Assembly (NCBI GenBank): GCA_017499595.2
Contig: CM039009.1
Span: 2,418,001-2,482,000 of the forward strand
DNA length: 64,000 nucleotides
DNA from: Psilocybe cubensis
Lineage: Eukaryota
Direction: 5' to 3'
Of this stretch, positions 51,501 to 63,130 are shown piece after piece (position 1 is the first letter of the stretch; each line of letters opens with the position of its first letter). Both the position numbers and the translations under genes were made by a program. The notes beneath the pieces are model-generated. The model searched no databases, was not told where the DNA came from, and saw nothing but the letters and a program-made list of their open reading frames with translations.

Positions 51501-54256
51501 GGCAAGTTTTCCAAGATCAACTCCCCCGACAAAGTCATACGACGAGTTAGAGGCTTTTTGGAGATAAGAGAGGTCAGATTTGATCATCCGACCCACTTTC
51601 AAAATTCGTGGATGAGCGAGTAACAGCTTTAGTTGATGTGGCAGGTCCCCCTTTGCAAGCATTTCACTAATCTAATTTGTAAAAGCAGGTCAGGTCACTA
51701 TACTATAATATTCATCAACAAAAACCCACCTGAAGCACATATATGCAATCCTGATAAGCAATTTGTATAATCGCTGTCTTGCCACGATGGGTCACGTGAC
51801 CACGAGACGAAAGCTCTACATTCCATTCAGAATCAAAACCAACAGCAATATATCCCTGATCCTGGGGAACATCATCGAGAATAGATCGTGCAGCATCATT
51901 GATTGAGTGTGGTGAATCCTTGGGAAGAAGCTTGACCTGCGGAGGAAGTTCAAAGGGCTCCAAATCTGCATACTTTTCAACTGGCACTACACCGGCTCGA
52001 AGAGAAGGGAAGCACCGCTCCAAGAATGCCTTATCGGTGATATTATCGGTGAAGAAAAGTTGAGGCTGGGAGTGACCGTAAAGATCAAGAGACTTTGCCA
52101 TGGCTTTCAAAGGCAATTCAGATTGTGATTGCGCTTTGGTTGCAACAAGATTGCACGTCCTTATTTCGCCTTTTTCATTGGTTACCGTAAGAAGGCCAGT
52201 GAAAACCTGTTCACCTTCGACACGGGCTAAGTGTTTTGTAATCTATATTGCTTCCAATTAGCAATTAATCAGAGAATTGAAGAAAATATACTGACTTTGT
52301 GGCTATGGTCAATAGCACATATCTCACCCGTCAACATCGCCGTGTGCTGGTTGAAATCGTGGCCGTGCTTTTCAATAAACGAGTCATACATATCTCGAAT
52401 CCATTGGGCACTAGGAATATATCCATGACGTCCTCTTGGGCTTGTGTCATTGAAGGGCAGAAAGGATTCAAATTTTCTGTTATTCCAGGTGCCATCCAAT
52501 GTGTTTCTTCGTTCGCAAAGGTGTGTCAGATACTGCAGATTGAGCAGGTCATGTCGAAGCAGATGCTGTGTACGCAAACCGTCGGAAAATTGCTTTGTTC
52601 CCATACCATTCTGAATACAGGTTCTCAACCAATTAAACGCTGTCTTGGATATGGCACTACGATAACTTATTCTTGCTGGAAACTCAGCAGCCAGTGATGA
52701 AGGAAGCATTTTAAGGATCTCGGGATCCCAACTTCGAAATGTGACTGTACGTGTTCCAGGTTTTGAATAAATACATGTGGGGCAACGGTAACGATATCCG
52801 ATAATATAGAATGTTGAGTCCATATCAACACATCGACGAGGACGTGGAATTTCAGAATGCCGTTGCAAGCGTCTTCCGCACTTGGGGCAAGAGATACCGT
52901 CGTTGCAAAGAGGAAGGGGATCCCAGAGCATAAATCGAGAGTCATAGCAATCGGGAGGTGATGGGTGCGACGAGTTTCGAAGAATGAAATAAACCGATTT
53001 TGTCGGAAACCAAAATGTGTGTTGATTGGCATATAATGGAGGCAGACCATTTGCGTCGCGTTGCCGCGACTCTTTGAGATGTTGTCGAAATTGCTCCATC
53101 AGCCACTCGGGTAACGGCTTTACCATGGGAGCTCCAGAAGACAAAGGTGAAGGGCAATCTTCATCGTCATCCAAATCATCTTCGACACCAACACCATCTC
53201 CAGATGCATCGTCATCATCCAGCGGCACAATTTCGCGCTGTGGATCTTCACTACCAATAATTGTATCATGTGGAGGCGTTGTGTGGGTAGATGGTGGCGG
53301 ACGTGTGGTGCAGGGATTGGATGCAACCAACTGGCCGCTGTGCAGTTGAGGCGGTACACTGGGTCTGGGACTATGATTTGAACTGCGGGATGGTGGAACA
53401 AAGGAATAAGGTGGGGCAAGCAAAGCTGGAGGTGTTATCCTGCTAGTACCAGGATTTGTCTAGAAAATAATGAGAAGAAAGATATCACAAAACAAAAAAC
53501 CACGCACCGATGTCCTGAATTCGATCGACACTGCAGGAGATGCCAACTTCTGTTTTTTTGGCCTTCCTCGTGGACGTTTTGCAGGCGGCGCTACTCCCTC
53601 TAACGCTAGTGCAGCCGCTCGCTTTTGTTTGTACCCGGATCCAGGAGGTCGACCGCGTCGTGGACGTGGGGAATCGACGGCAACGGTGTGCGCACACGTT
53701 GCAAGAGGGGCCGTCACCGACGACGAAGGTGTCCCAAGAGCTGCATTTGGGGCATCGGCAAGATTATCTGTGTGGGAAGTGACAACCGTGAGTGTGAGTA
53801 CCCTAGAAAGCAGATTCTGATGAACTAGTTCGCATACCATTGATAGTGATGTTGTGCAAGTTTCTCGTATAGGTAGGCCTCCCAGCCAAGTTCCTAGCAC
53901 TGCCAGTGCACTTTAGTCACGGTTCAAACAAGCAAACAAGGCCTTCTGGCTCACCTTGCGTCAGCATTGCCTCCGAGCCTCAAAGGTGCCCCAAACTGGC
54001 TCTGCATTCCATTCTGTGCAGCCGGAATGTGATCTTGTTCGCGTTCGTTGTTCACAGGAAATAATTCCGTGTTCATAAATAAACGAAGCCGGTTATCGAA
54101 GGCAGTACAAAGAGATTTATAGCTGGAGTTGTCGTTCTCGTTGGGTTCTCGAGAACGGATGCACGGGGATGACTTCATAATTACATAATATTTTCCGTGA
54201 TTTTTTTCAAACTCAGAATCCGTATCCGTATCCGTCACCGCTATCAGTATCGAGCC
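48542..54256 (-). mobile_element. Apparently autonomous DNA transposon, 5715 bp, short TIRs, 8-bp TSD
   Basis: TIRs GGCCCGATACTGATAG / CTATCAGTATCGAGCC (1 mismatch in 16); TSD CATTTTTT (48534-48541, 54257-54264); encloses one large spliced gene. Confidence 0.85.
48913..54076 (-). CDS. Putative DDE transposase (~1,600 aa, 8 exons): AT-hooks, DUF6729-like Zn region, embedded DEDDy 3'-5' exonuclease, C-terminal Cys cluster
   Basis: Splicing joins the ORFs in frame: RRGRPP and RPRGRPKK hooks; FWFP..WDPL..CPKC..RRCVD..YRYRC; AIDHSHK|ITK; LFFTDN; ExoI VGFDSEW, ExoII KSDLSYL, ExoIII YAAKDA; KDVWH; RCARGTNTTEGGVH; CRKC..C..C..CQDC..C. The two 5' exons are less certain. Confidence 0.8.
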
Positions 54257-56150
54257 CATTTTTTTGTCCTTTGATTCAGGTTTTTCACTTCGTCCATCCT
54301 GTACGCATATACTCACCACCCATCGACTTTTCTAGCGAGCATATACACACTCTCAAAGGATCTTATACCACCTCTTGAATCAAAAATACCTTTAATTTAA
54401 CGCGATGTCACAGAAATGAGTACGGAGGAAAGCGCAAAGCGGATGAGGATGGTATTGGAGACGGCCGAGCTCGCGGGGTGGACGTGCTGCACACATAACA
54501 GTTGAACTGGAAAGTGTATGCGCTGCGCGACTGCGTCTCAGACTCAGGGGACCCGGAGGATCTTCCATTGTTAAAGGTGTGTATTGATCACCCATAACAC
54601 CCATCTTGCCTTCGTGACAACAGCTTCATTTTTCAGCGAGTCCAAGGTCTGTCTCTCGCTTAGAATTTCACATTTTCTGCCTGCAACCCGTATTTGCCAT
54701 TCCCTCGAGAGAAGTGGCGATGCCGGCGTTGGGTTATAGACTCTTTCGAACGCTTTCTATGTCGATTATATTGTGACCATTCGGGTTTGGATCGCATTAG
54801 AGTGGCATTGGAGGTTGCAATTAGAAGGGGAGGACATGGTAGGTGATGGTGTTCAACAACGTTGACAGCACGTCCGCTCGTGGGCGTCAGTACGCAAGGT
54901 TTTGATGTTGATGAGTCCGTCGGCGGGAATAGTGACACTTAGGTGCGTCCAGTTACTGCTTCCAACTGTTTCAATACCCGATGCAGCACCCGCATTTACA
55001 TTTCCGACACCCTCGCGTGTTTCTGTGCTTGTGGTTCATATGCTCCCCGCACGATGAAATAGCTTTTCGAGCCCCTAACATAACCCCAATCCTGATAACC
55101 CATCGCGCCGTCGTATCTTAGCCAACGCTCGCGAGAAGGCAAAATTGTACACTGTATGGGGTAATTGATGTCACCGGCTCGATATCAAGTGTCCCAGGCG
55201 TTCGATTTCGTTCTGTGCTTCGAACTGCTACAATGTGCACAATGCATCGCCAACCATATCGAGTGGCTGGCTTGGGTCATTGCTTTGCGCACCTTCCTTT
55301 AAGTGAGACGACGCGTCTACTATGCGTGGATCTCATATTTTACCACCTTATACCGCCTCTCCGCTCTGTATACCTCGCCAGCTTCTTGATAATCCTCCCG
55401 TTACTCCCCTCACTCAATCAATCTCCGCCTGTTATCATGCTTGTCCCAGGGTTCCAATACGTTTGTTCCAAAATACCTTTCATCCTGCATCTCCCTGTTG
55501 ATTACGTCGCGTGTCTCGCTTAGTCGAATTTGGGTTTGACTGCTAGACCGCATATACGCCCCAGCCTTTGTGCGTCGTGCGTTGTGTACTACACGGATCA
55601 GGCATTCCCAGGTATAGTGGATAATCATATGGTTTATATCTGCGGTTATACTCGACTCTCACTACATGTCCCTTCCTTCATGCCTCTTCGGCTCCGATGT
55701 ATGCTAATATGACATCCCCTTGAACACATTGGCGGGGCCATGGGCAGCTGCACCAGTTCCCCATCCCGCATATCCATTTCCCTCTTTGCCGTTTTTCTGT
55801 ACCTTCCCGGATGATCTAGGTGGTAATGGCAATAGCGGCTCATTGTCAGAGATACCCCTTCATTCCCCCCATTCACAGTCAATGCGCTTGAAGATCTCGA
55901 TCAACAATTTACTTTGCCATGAGTGGTACATCAACTCGATCCTATAGGGATTCAGCGGAAGTTAATATTCAAGAGAGCAAATCGGCTCATGTAAATCGTG
56001 ATGCTATTGGGTATCATCAATGAGATGTTCATTAATGCAATTGAAACTTAAACCAATATCGTTAAATTGCGTTCTAGTTATTTACGGATACATAGAATAA
56101 AGAAAACATGTTATATTATCGTCTTGTTTACCTGCGAATTAAAGGGTATC

Positions 56151-59100
56151 CTATAATGAGTGATGATTACAGGTGATGTTAAGTTTGCTTAGCATTGAAA
56201 TCGTGGAAGGAAATGTCAGATATTTGTCCACATATCGGCGTGCTCGTTTAGCGATTTCGGGTTGCTCACGGCTGACAATGAGTTCCAGTTCCTTGAATTT
56301 GGCATTGAGAGAGATCCCTTCCTCGTGTTTCCCCAGAGCGCAGTTGAATGTGCTCTCCAGATAGAGTGCACGTGCAAGCGACGGGAATGAGCTGCGTCTC
56401 TTTGCCGTCCTTGCCTCATAGTATACCCGCACCTTTTGGATTGCTTCCAACGCGTCTGAAACAAGGCCCTTGGAAGCTTTGTGCATAGCATGGACTTCCA
56501 AGGCATTGATATACCTTGGTTGATGATATGCCTCTTCTGAGTCTTCGAGAGATTGAATCGACTTTAATAGTCTTTCTGAAGTTTGAGCCGCCTCGATATC
56601 ATTACCCACGTCGCCGAGAACATGAGATAGAAAGAGATAAATATCGCCTCTTTCAGAATTTCCGCATCCGTCTCCACATGAGAGTGATAATTGCAGGGCT
56701 TCTGATATATAACCTAGTGCAGCATCGTAGTCACCCGTGTTTCTGGATGCCAAAGCACAATGCTGAAGACAGGATATGTACTCGTGATGGTGCTCTTCAA
56801 AGTGCATGCGAGCAAAAGTCTCGTATTTCTTGCTCGCTATGGAGGCTTCCGCGTATCGACCGAGATCACCGAGGATAACAACTCGTTGGTTCATGGCCAT
56901 TATGAGCTCTTCATATATGTCATCGTTTGTTGGATGACAGCTTCCGATTTCAATGGCCTTGTCAAGAGCGTCCAATGGCGTCGGGATATCTTTACGTCCT
57001 GGAGCACTCATCACATGGAGCACATTGGAATACGAAGTGAGGGTTTTGATGTAACATACAACCTCATCTGGGGCCTCAGCTGGATGACGATTGAACCAAG
57101 AAAGACCATGCTGAATGGATGTTAATGCATCCTCTAAGCGATCCAACGACATAAGGACCTTTGTATGATGGTTGATGCTGTCGATGTACACCATAGAGTA
57201 TTTGTCTGGGTACTGCTCCGCCAACCTCTGAGCGTGTTCCAGACAGGTCTGGGTCCGTTCTAGGCGAATGCTTTGTTCCAGATCAACGACCACTGTCAGT
57301 TTGAAGTTCAATGTCAAGCAATCGACGTAGTGAGAAGCCTGAGTTGGCTTGGATTTCATAGTTACTGAAAAGAACCTGAGCGCTTCTCCCCCGTATTGGA
57401 ATGCTTTGGCGTATTCCTTGTTATGGAATTGGATGTGAACAAGTCGGTTGAGAACCACTCCGACAGTGATTGGGGTGTGATATACATTCTCGTCCGTGGT
57501 GGAAACCAACATACGGAGTTGCAGGAGGCACTCTTGAAGCTCTCTACTTGCCTCGGGGTACATTCCAGCTTGGAAATAATTCATTCCATTGTCGAAATAC
57601 TGCTCTGCCACCAGGCCAGAAGGTCCTCTCGACGTGTCTCGGAGGAGTGATGCTAGCTGAGTCCCATATGTTGCAGCTTCTTCATATCTTGCGAGGCTGC
57701 TCAACGTCGTGACCAGTGAGAAAAGTGCCTCCGAGCGAAACACATGATCCTCAAAGGTATCTGCATAAGCTAGAGTAGATATCTCTTTCCAGTCGGATAT
57801 GGCGGCGTCGTATTGTTTGAGATTTTTCAAGAATTGCGCCTCTATCTTGAGGGCAGTACACAGTTCGCCCCGAAAATCCCTGTCTTCGCTTTGCTTATGA
57901 AATACCCTGAGTTCTTTCACACAGTTCTGTGCATACTCTAGATATTTATACTCGTCCAGGAGATTGAGAGACATGACTTCGTCGCTGCAAAGTTGAGAGA
58001 GAAAGACGGAGATTTGATGTGTGCCGTTGCATTGATCGCATAGCGTATGCTGGCTTCCCTGGAGTAGCATGTCCAGGGCCTTGACAGCAGTCTTGAATAC
58101 CCGCTCGAATTGGTGGGTGCTCCAGAAAAACATACTTGAATGGATCATAGCATGGACGTAGCGACATAAAGCACCGTCTTCACGAGAACGCAGGCTGAGC
58201 GCCGTTGTTTCCGTAATTGGGGAGGAAACGTTACCTTCGGACACATCCTGGTCCTTGGTAACGATGTTCTCGTAGACAGTAATGGTATCGTTGGCAAAGT
58301 TCGATGATGCCTCGAGTTTATCCTTTGCAAGCATGATGCAGGACAGTTGTAGAAGCAATGTCCCAAGCAATGCATTCACTTCCGCGTCGTTAGATGGGTC
58401 ACCAGTCAGTAACTTCCTACCGATGAATATGGCGTCATTGATGGTATCTTCTGCGTTGCTGAGATTATCACTCCCAGAATAGAGGTAAATCTCGGATAGA
58501 AGTCGTAAACTCGCTGGAAGGTAGCGGTGGTATATGGTTGAATCTGTTTCCGCCCACGCTCTACACAAATTGACTGCCCAGACTGCAATAGTGATGGCCT
58601 GTGAGTAAAGTCCGAGTCGACATAACCCATAGCAGAGATTGGCGATATTCTGAGAGCTAGACTGGAATGATGCAGGTTTACGATGTCCAGACAAGCTTGC
58701 CTGCACATCAAGTGCTAATGCAATAACTTGTCTCTCGATAAGTTTCCTGTCAAACATGTTGCAAAACACCGTGTTAGAGGTTGGTGGTAGATGTAATAGC
58801 TGTGATGGCGGGAATGCATCGAGTGAAAATGACAATCCTTGGCCAGAGAACATTTGGTTCAAATATGTATTGATGTTGTTGAGTTGATCGAGAAGGAAAA
58901 CATAGGAGATATCATCTGGGCTGAGCGTATGAGACTGTGTAGATATCTGAGTTGACACTGTTATCTCCGAGCCTATGTTGTCGGCCGTGGTAGTCAGCTC
59001 AGTGCTAACTACTGAGGTATCGACAACGTCGCTGATGTTTAATTTGCGAGCTACTGCCTCAACCATTCTCTCGGTTCTCGCAAGAGAAGAAGTCTGTTTG

Positions 59101-59660
59101 TATCAAAAGTCGTAAGGGGCATCAGCACAAACAGCTCTCTCAAACTGAATACGAAAATACCTGAAAGACGTCATGATAGCTTTCCATCTCATGTCGAATC
59201 TGGTTCAGTCGTCGGTTCAACTCTTTGCCACGCATCCAAGTCCGAATCCTGTTCCGAATCCTCTCAAACCTATTCGACGAATCTTCAGAGGGTACCAGCT
59301 CAAGACAGTTGATACGCGAAGCATCTAGGTTTCTTAGAGTTTTTGCGTCAGTGAGACTGCCGAATCTGGAAGTAACCATTGCATTACTCTATCAAATGAA
59401 ACAGTGTAGCACCTTGGGCTACTTCTTCGCTGGGCAGAACCGCTTTCATTTCATTTACTGAGTCTTCAATTAATTTCGCGAGCCTCTCTAAGTCTTCACG
59501 ATTTCCCCTAGCCTGTGCGTTAATATAACAATAAGAAATGAGCTGTGAAGTGATAATGTGCAGATGATAGAAGACACACAGCAACGTATGATTGATGTAG
59601 AGCCATAATCTCCTTGAAGGAAGTTGACAGCACACCGTAGCCGATGCTGACTGGGTCCAT
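56151..59660 (-). CDS. MLKL-like/four-helix N-terminal domain plus long TPR-like solenoid protein (~1,100 aa, 4 exons)
   Basis: MDPVSIGYGVLSTSFKEIMALHQSYVA|ARGNREDLERLAKLIEDS...LIE|NLDASRINC...RIRTWMRGKELNRRLNQIRHEMESYHDVFQ|TSSLARTERMVEAV... joins the 971-aa ORF with TPR-like repeats (LGLYSQA, LARYEEA, LDRLEDA, LGRYAEA, LGKHEEG). No Walker A motif seen. Confidence 0.85.
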
Positions 59661-60831
59661 TTCTTTCAGTAAAATAATGGTGGCACGCAGTTGTAGAAGG
59701 TAGGGTTAAACGAGACAGTAGTATCCATGATGCTCAGACTCAAGCCTTTTTATAAGACCAGCATGGATATCATGGCGTTGTTGTGCGACGGACTCGACCC
59801 GATTCTGCGCAGCAACGATTATGAGGTATGACAGGTTCTGAGACAACTATATTGTGTGTAGTCAAGAATAGTTTGTGAAGGTGTTGTAAATTGGGCGCCC
59901 TCTAGGGGCTTCCTGGTAACGTTACGTTGAACCCTGTGTTCTTATGTGGTCCGTGTCCATTTCATACATTTCAGAGATAGAAAGGCCTATGTCAATGACC
60001 TAAAATACACAGGTTAGCAAAACAACACTGAAGACGCTGAGTACTCCCCTGGGCCAACCAAAATATGGTGAGTATAACTTCAAGTTCAACAGATAATAGC
60101 AAACCTCGCAACACGAGATACTACGAGGAGGCTCCGATGATGGTCAATCTTCGATACTACGAGTGTGACTTGTTGTTAGAGTTGACTGTTGGGACGTGTG
60201 ATATTCCAAAGATGTCTGCCGTCATGCCTTGTTTATTATATTCGATATACTATACCAACCTGTGACACCGCGTATCCTTTACTGAACCTTTTCGGAACAA
60301 GGTTCTCGTCTTCGCTTGTTTTGGACTGAGTTTGAAATATTCAACATTTTGTGATTCCATCAGTTCTGCAGGTCTGCCGTAAAATTATGTAACACATCTT
60401 TTGAAAACCACTTTAAAATATCAGCTTATTCATTAAGCACATTTGAAGTCAGAGATCTGAGAAAGAGGATATCAAGGCCAAAAAGCGCTCACAAAGTGCA
60501 CACTACAAGCCAAGGCGAATAAGAAATTTATTCAATGCACTGTATACTGTTTTCAATCGCAATCTAGGCAAGTTTAATTCATATGAAAATGGCTTACCAC
60601 GTTCGAATATCTTTACTTGAGGCAATATTGGTTGAAGAAGTCTCTCACGGTCGAATGATAACTGTATCCACTCATTTGTTCCTACCGGGTATGGGATAAA
60701 AGTGTATAGCGTGCAATCCGTGTACCCGGGTACGTACCCGGCACATCACTGAATCAAAGAATACTATTGACGTAATGTTAGGGAAATGTTTAACGACGAG
60801 ACTCGCGTCAACGTCCACCGGATATTTGTGA

Positions 60832-61130
60832 CTACTGGGCGTGCACGATCTTCAGCTCGAAGCTGCTGGGGTATCTTGTCTAAACAGCTCGTCGGAGTTC
60901 ACTTCTCCCGTGAGGATCTCGCTGGCTGTGTAATCCCCATGAATTCAGTCAGAACGTGTGCAATCATATAAATGTATTGATTGTCGTGCTTACATTGATA
61001 GTCACTGACTGCATAAATTCTCAATACGGGGGTGAGTTGGAGAGCCAAGGTCTTCCCAACCCTACAAAAGAGACATGCATCAGCGAAGGTCACCAGAGTG
61101 TACGAAATGATGAGTAATGGCTCACGGAAC
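60832..61130 (-). pseudogene. Family paralog L remnant (exons 6-7 plus the end of exon 5), B-like
   Basis: VGKTLALQLTPVLRIYAVSDYQ|SSEILTGEVNSDELFRQD[internal deletion/frameshift]PSSFELKIVHAQ*; the 3' flank aligns with that of paralog B. Confidence 0.85.
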
Positions 61131-61139
61131 CGCTTTAGC

Positions 61140-61852
61140 ATCCCGATTGGGATGACAGAAGCCACGGAGGTTCACAACCTGCAAGGTACGAGATTGTATA
61201 GAAAATGCTCTTTTGACATAAAAGGACAATGGAGACACAAGGCACAACTGTTGGCAGGCCATTAATTTGTTACCGGCGTTGTTGTACTCCGAACGTGTGT
61301 CAAGCTACTTGAGGTAGGCGATAAATATAAATATGTAACTGTGATCTGAACATCTTGACATTGTAATTTGTAAGTTTATTGCTTCTCAACAACAGGCCAA
61401 TATCGGGACCGACGGAGAAATCAGCTCTGATCTGCGGAATGAAACTCAACATCGGTACGTATCACATTAACGGCATATTTGACAAGACTGGGACGCAGAT
61501 TGAGCCTATCTTTACATGGAAGGAGATCCCGTATGTCGTCCCCGTCCATAGCTCAGATAAGACGCAGTGTATTGACGCGCCATATCTATTAGGAAAGGGG
61601 ACACTCTCGCGCTAGCCCTTACCCCTGTGCTCAAGATATATGCTGTCGCCGACATTAAAGGTATGCTCCTAAGTATGCTCAGCGTTCTGAACCGCCACAC
61701 CAAATCTTTTGTAGTCTCCGAAGTGGTCAAGGGAGAGGTCCAATCCGGTGATATTTTCGCGGAAAAACTCATTCCACTCCCTCCAACGTCCAACTGGGAG
61801 GTCTACGTACATTGATGATAACAGTAAAGCCAATAAGATCAGAAGGCTGTAG
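61140..61852 (+). pseudogene. Family paralog M remnant (5'-truncated, frameshift near the 3' end), D-like
   Basis: ...GIFDKTGTQIEPIFTWKEIP|KGDTLALALTPVLKIYAVADIK|VSEVVKGEVQSGDIFAEKLIPLPPTSNWEVY[4-bp duplication]IDDNSKANKIRRL*; 3' flank TTGTTGACGTTGGCACCA matches that of D. Confidence 0.85.
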
Positions 61853-62701
61853 AGTTCCCAGTTGGTACTTCTTACTTTTCATTGTTGACGTTGGCACCAA
61901 GCTTAAATGAAATATTTAACTCTTGATCTATGATACCTGTGTGCCCTAATACATAGCTACGCGCTTCGAATAATGCACAATAACTGCATTTCAGGGTGAC
62001 CGCGCATGAATTCTCTCTCAGGGATGTGCGAACAATGATGCGTCGAATCGATCCGCAACGATTTAAGTAGCTGGCGTGCAGCCAGCCCTCGCTCGGTATA
62101 GCTGAGCAAAGCAAACAGCGTGTGAGAGTTGTGATGAGGATGCATCCGATATGTACCACGGACGCACCGGTCTAACACCCAGTGCGCCATGCGTATGCTC
62201 GCAGGCGGGTATTGCAGAACCTCCTTCCGCGTGTTATCGTGTGATCCCGCTCGCGACGACACCTCTAAGCCAGCCACAAGCCACAAGCCTGCATGCCCGC
62301 GACTGACGTATAAACGATGTCGCTGACTGGTCACACCGCACTCCCAAGCCAGCTACGTGGCCTCCACCGTCCATTGCAGAGTTGAATGTAAGTAACGTCG
62401 GCGCGAATGATGGTGTGTTGAATCAACTCGGGACAGCGTAAGGGCAGTTCGATATTGCAGATATCGGTGCGAATAGAGCAGCGACAGGCGATAAGTGAAC
62501 ACGAAGGTGTACATGTGAGGTATGATGACGAGACTGTACGTCGTGTGCATCCGCGCGCGGGAGTTAATCAGCACCGCGGACGCACCTATCTCGCGCCCAG
62601 CGCCCCATTGACACTGCGCGTACGCTCAAACGCGAGTTTTGACGTCTCAGTTTAGAATATCCGTCCGCATGTTTATGGTATGATACGATTAGCAGCCACC
62701 A

Positions 62702-62737
62702 GCACTCGCACTCGCACTCGCACTCGCACTCGCACTC
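62702..62737. repeat. (GCACTC)6 microsatellite
   Basis: Six perfect hexamer units; explains the ECECEC/SASASA pseudo-ORFs. Confidence 0.95.
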
Positions 62738-63014
62738 GCCCGCCAGGGACGCGTAATGGACGTCGATGATTGGTCCCAACGCACTCCCAACATACAGTCC
62801 CACCACGTCTGCCGTCGTCCATTGCAGGAATCTGGCAGGAGGTGGAATCGAAAGCGAATGCAGTATGGTAGAGATGGTGATGTGGCGACGACGCTGGACT
62901 CTATTACTTTGACGAGGGCGATGATGTGTGGGTAGATGTTATATTGTAAGGGCTGACAGCCCATGTGTATATGCCAACCAGGAAATCTTTGTACGTTGAA
63001 ATGACAGTGAGACG

Positions 63015-63130
63015 GTGGATGAACTGAGGGCGTGGATGAACTGAGGGCGTGGATGAACTGAGGGGGTGGATGAACTGAGGGGGTAGACGAATTGAGCGGG
63101 GATGAATTGAGGGGGTGGATGAATTGAGGA
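63015..63130. repeat. 17-18 bp minisatellite GTGGATGAACTGAGGG(C/GG), about 6-7 units
   Basis: Direct tandem repeats visible in the sequence. Confidence 0.9.

Noticed and set aside
48683-55080. Alternative weak TIR pair (GGCTCG....GCTA.TTC) for the large transposon
   Set aside because: No TSD; the 48542/54256 pair has a better match and an exact 8-bp TSD.
60680-60751. TACCCGGGTA palindromes ending in CACATCACTG, resembling a hAT end
   Set aside because: No partner terminus or TSD found in the window.
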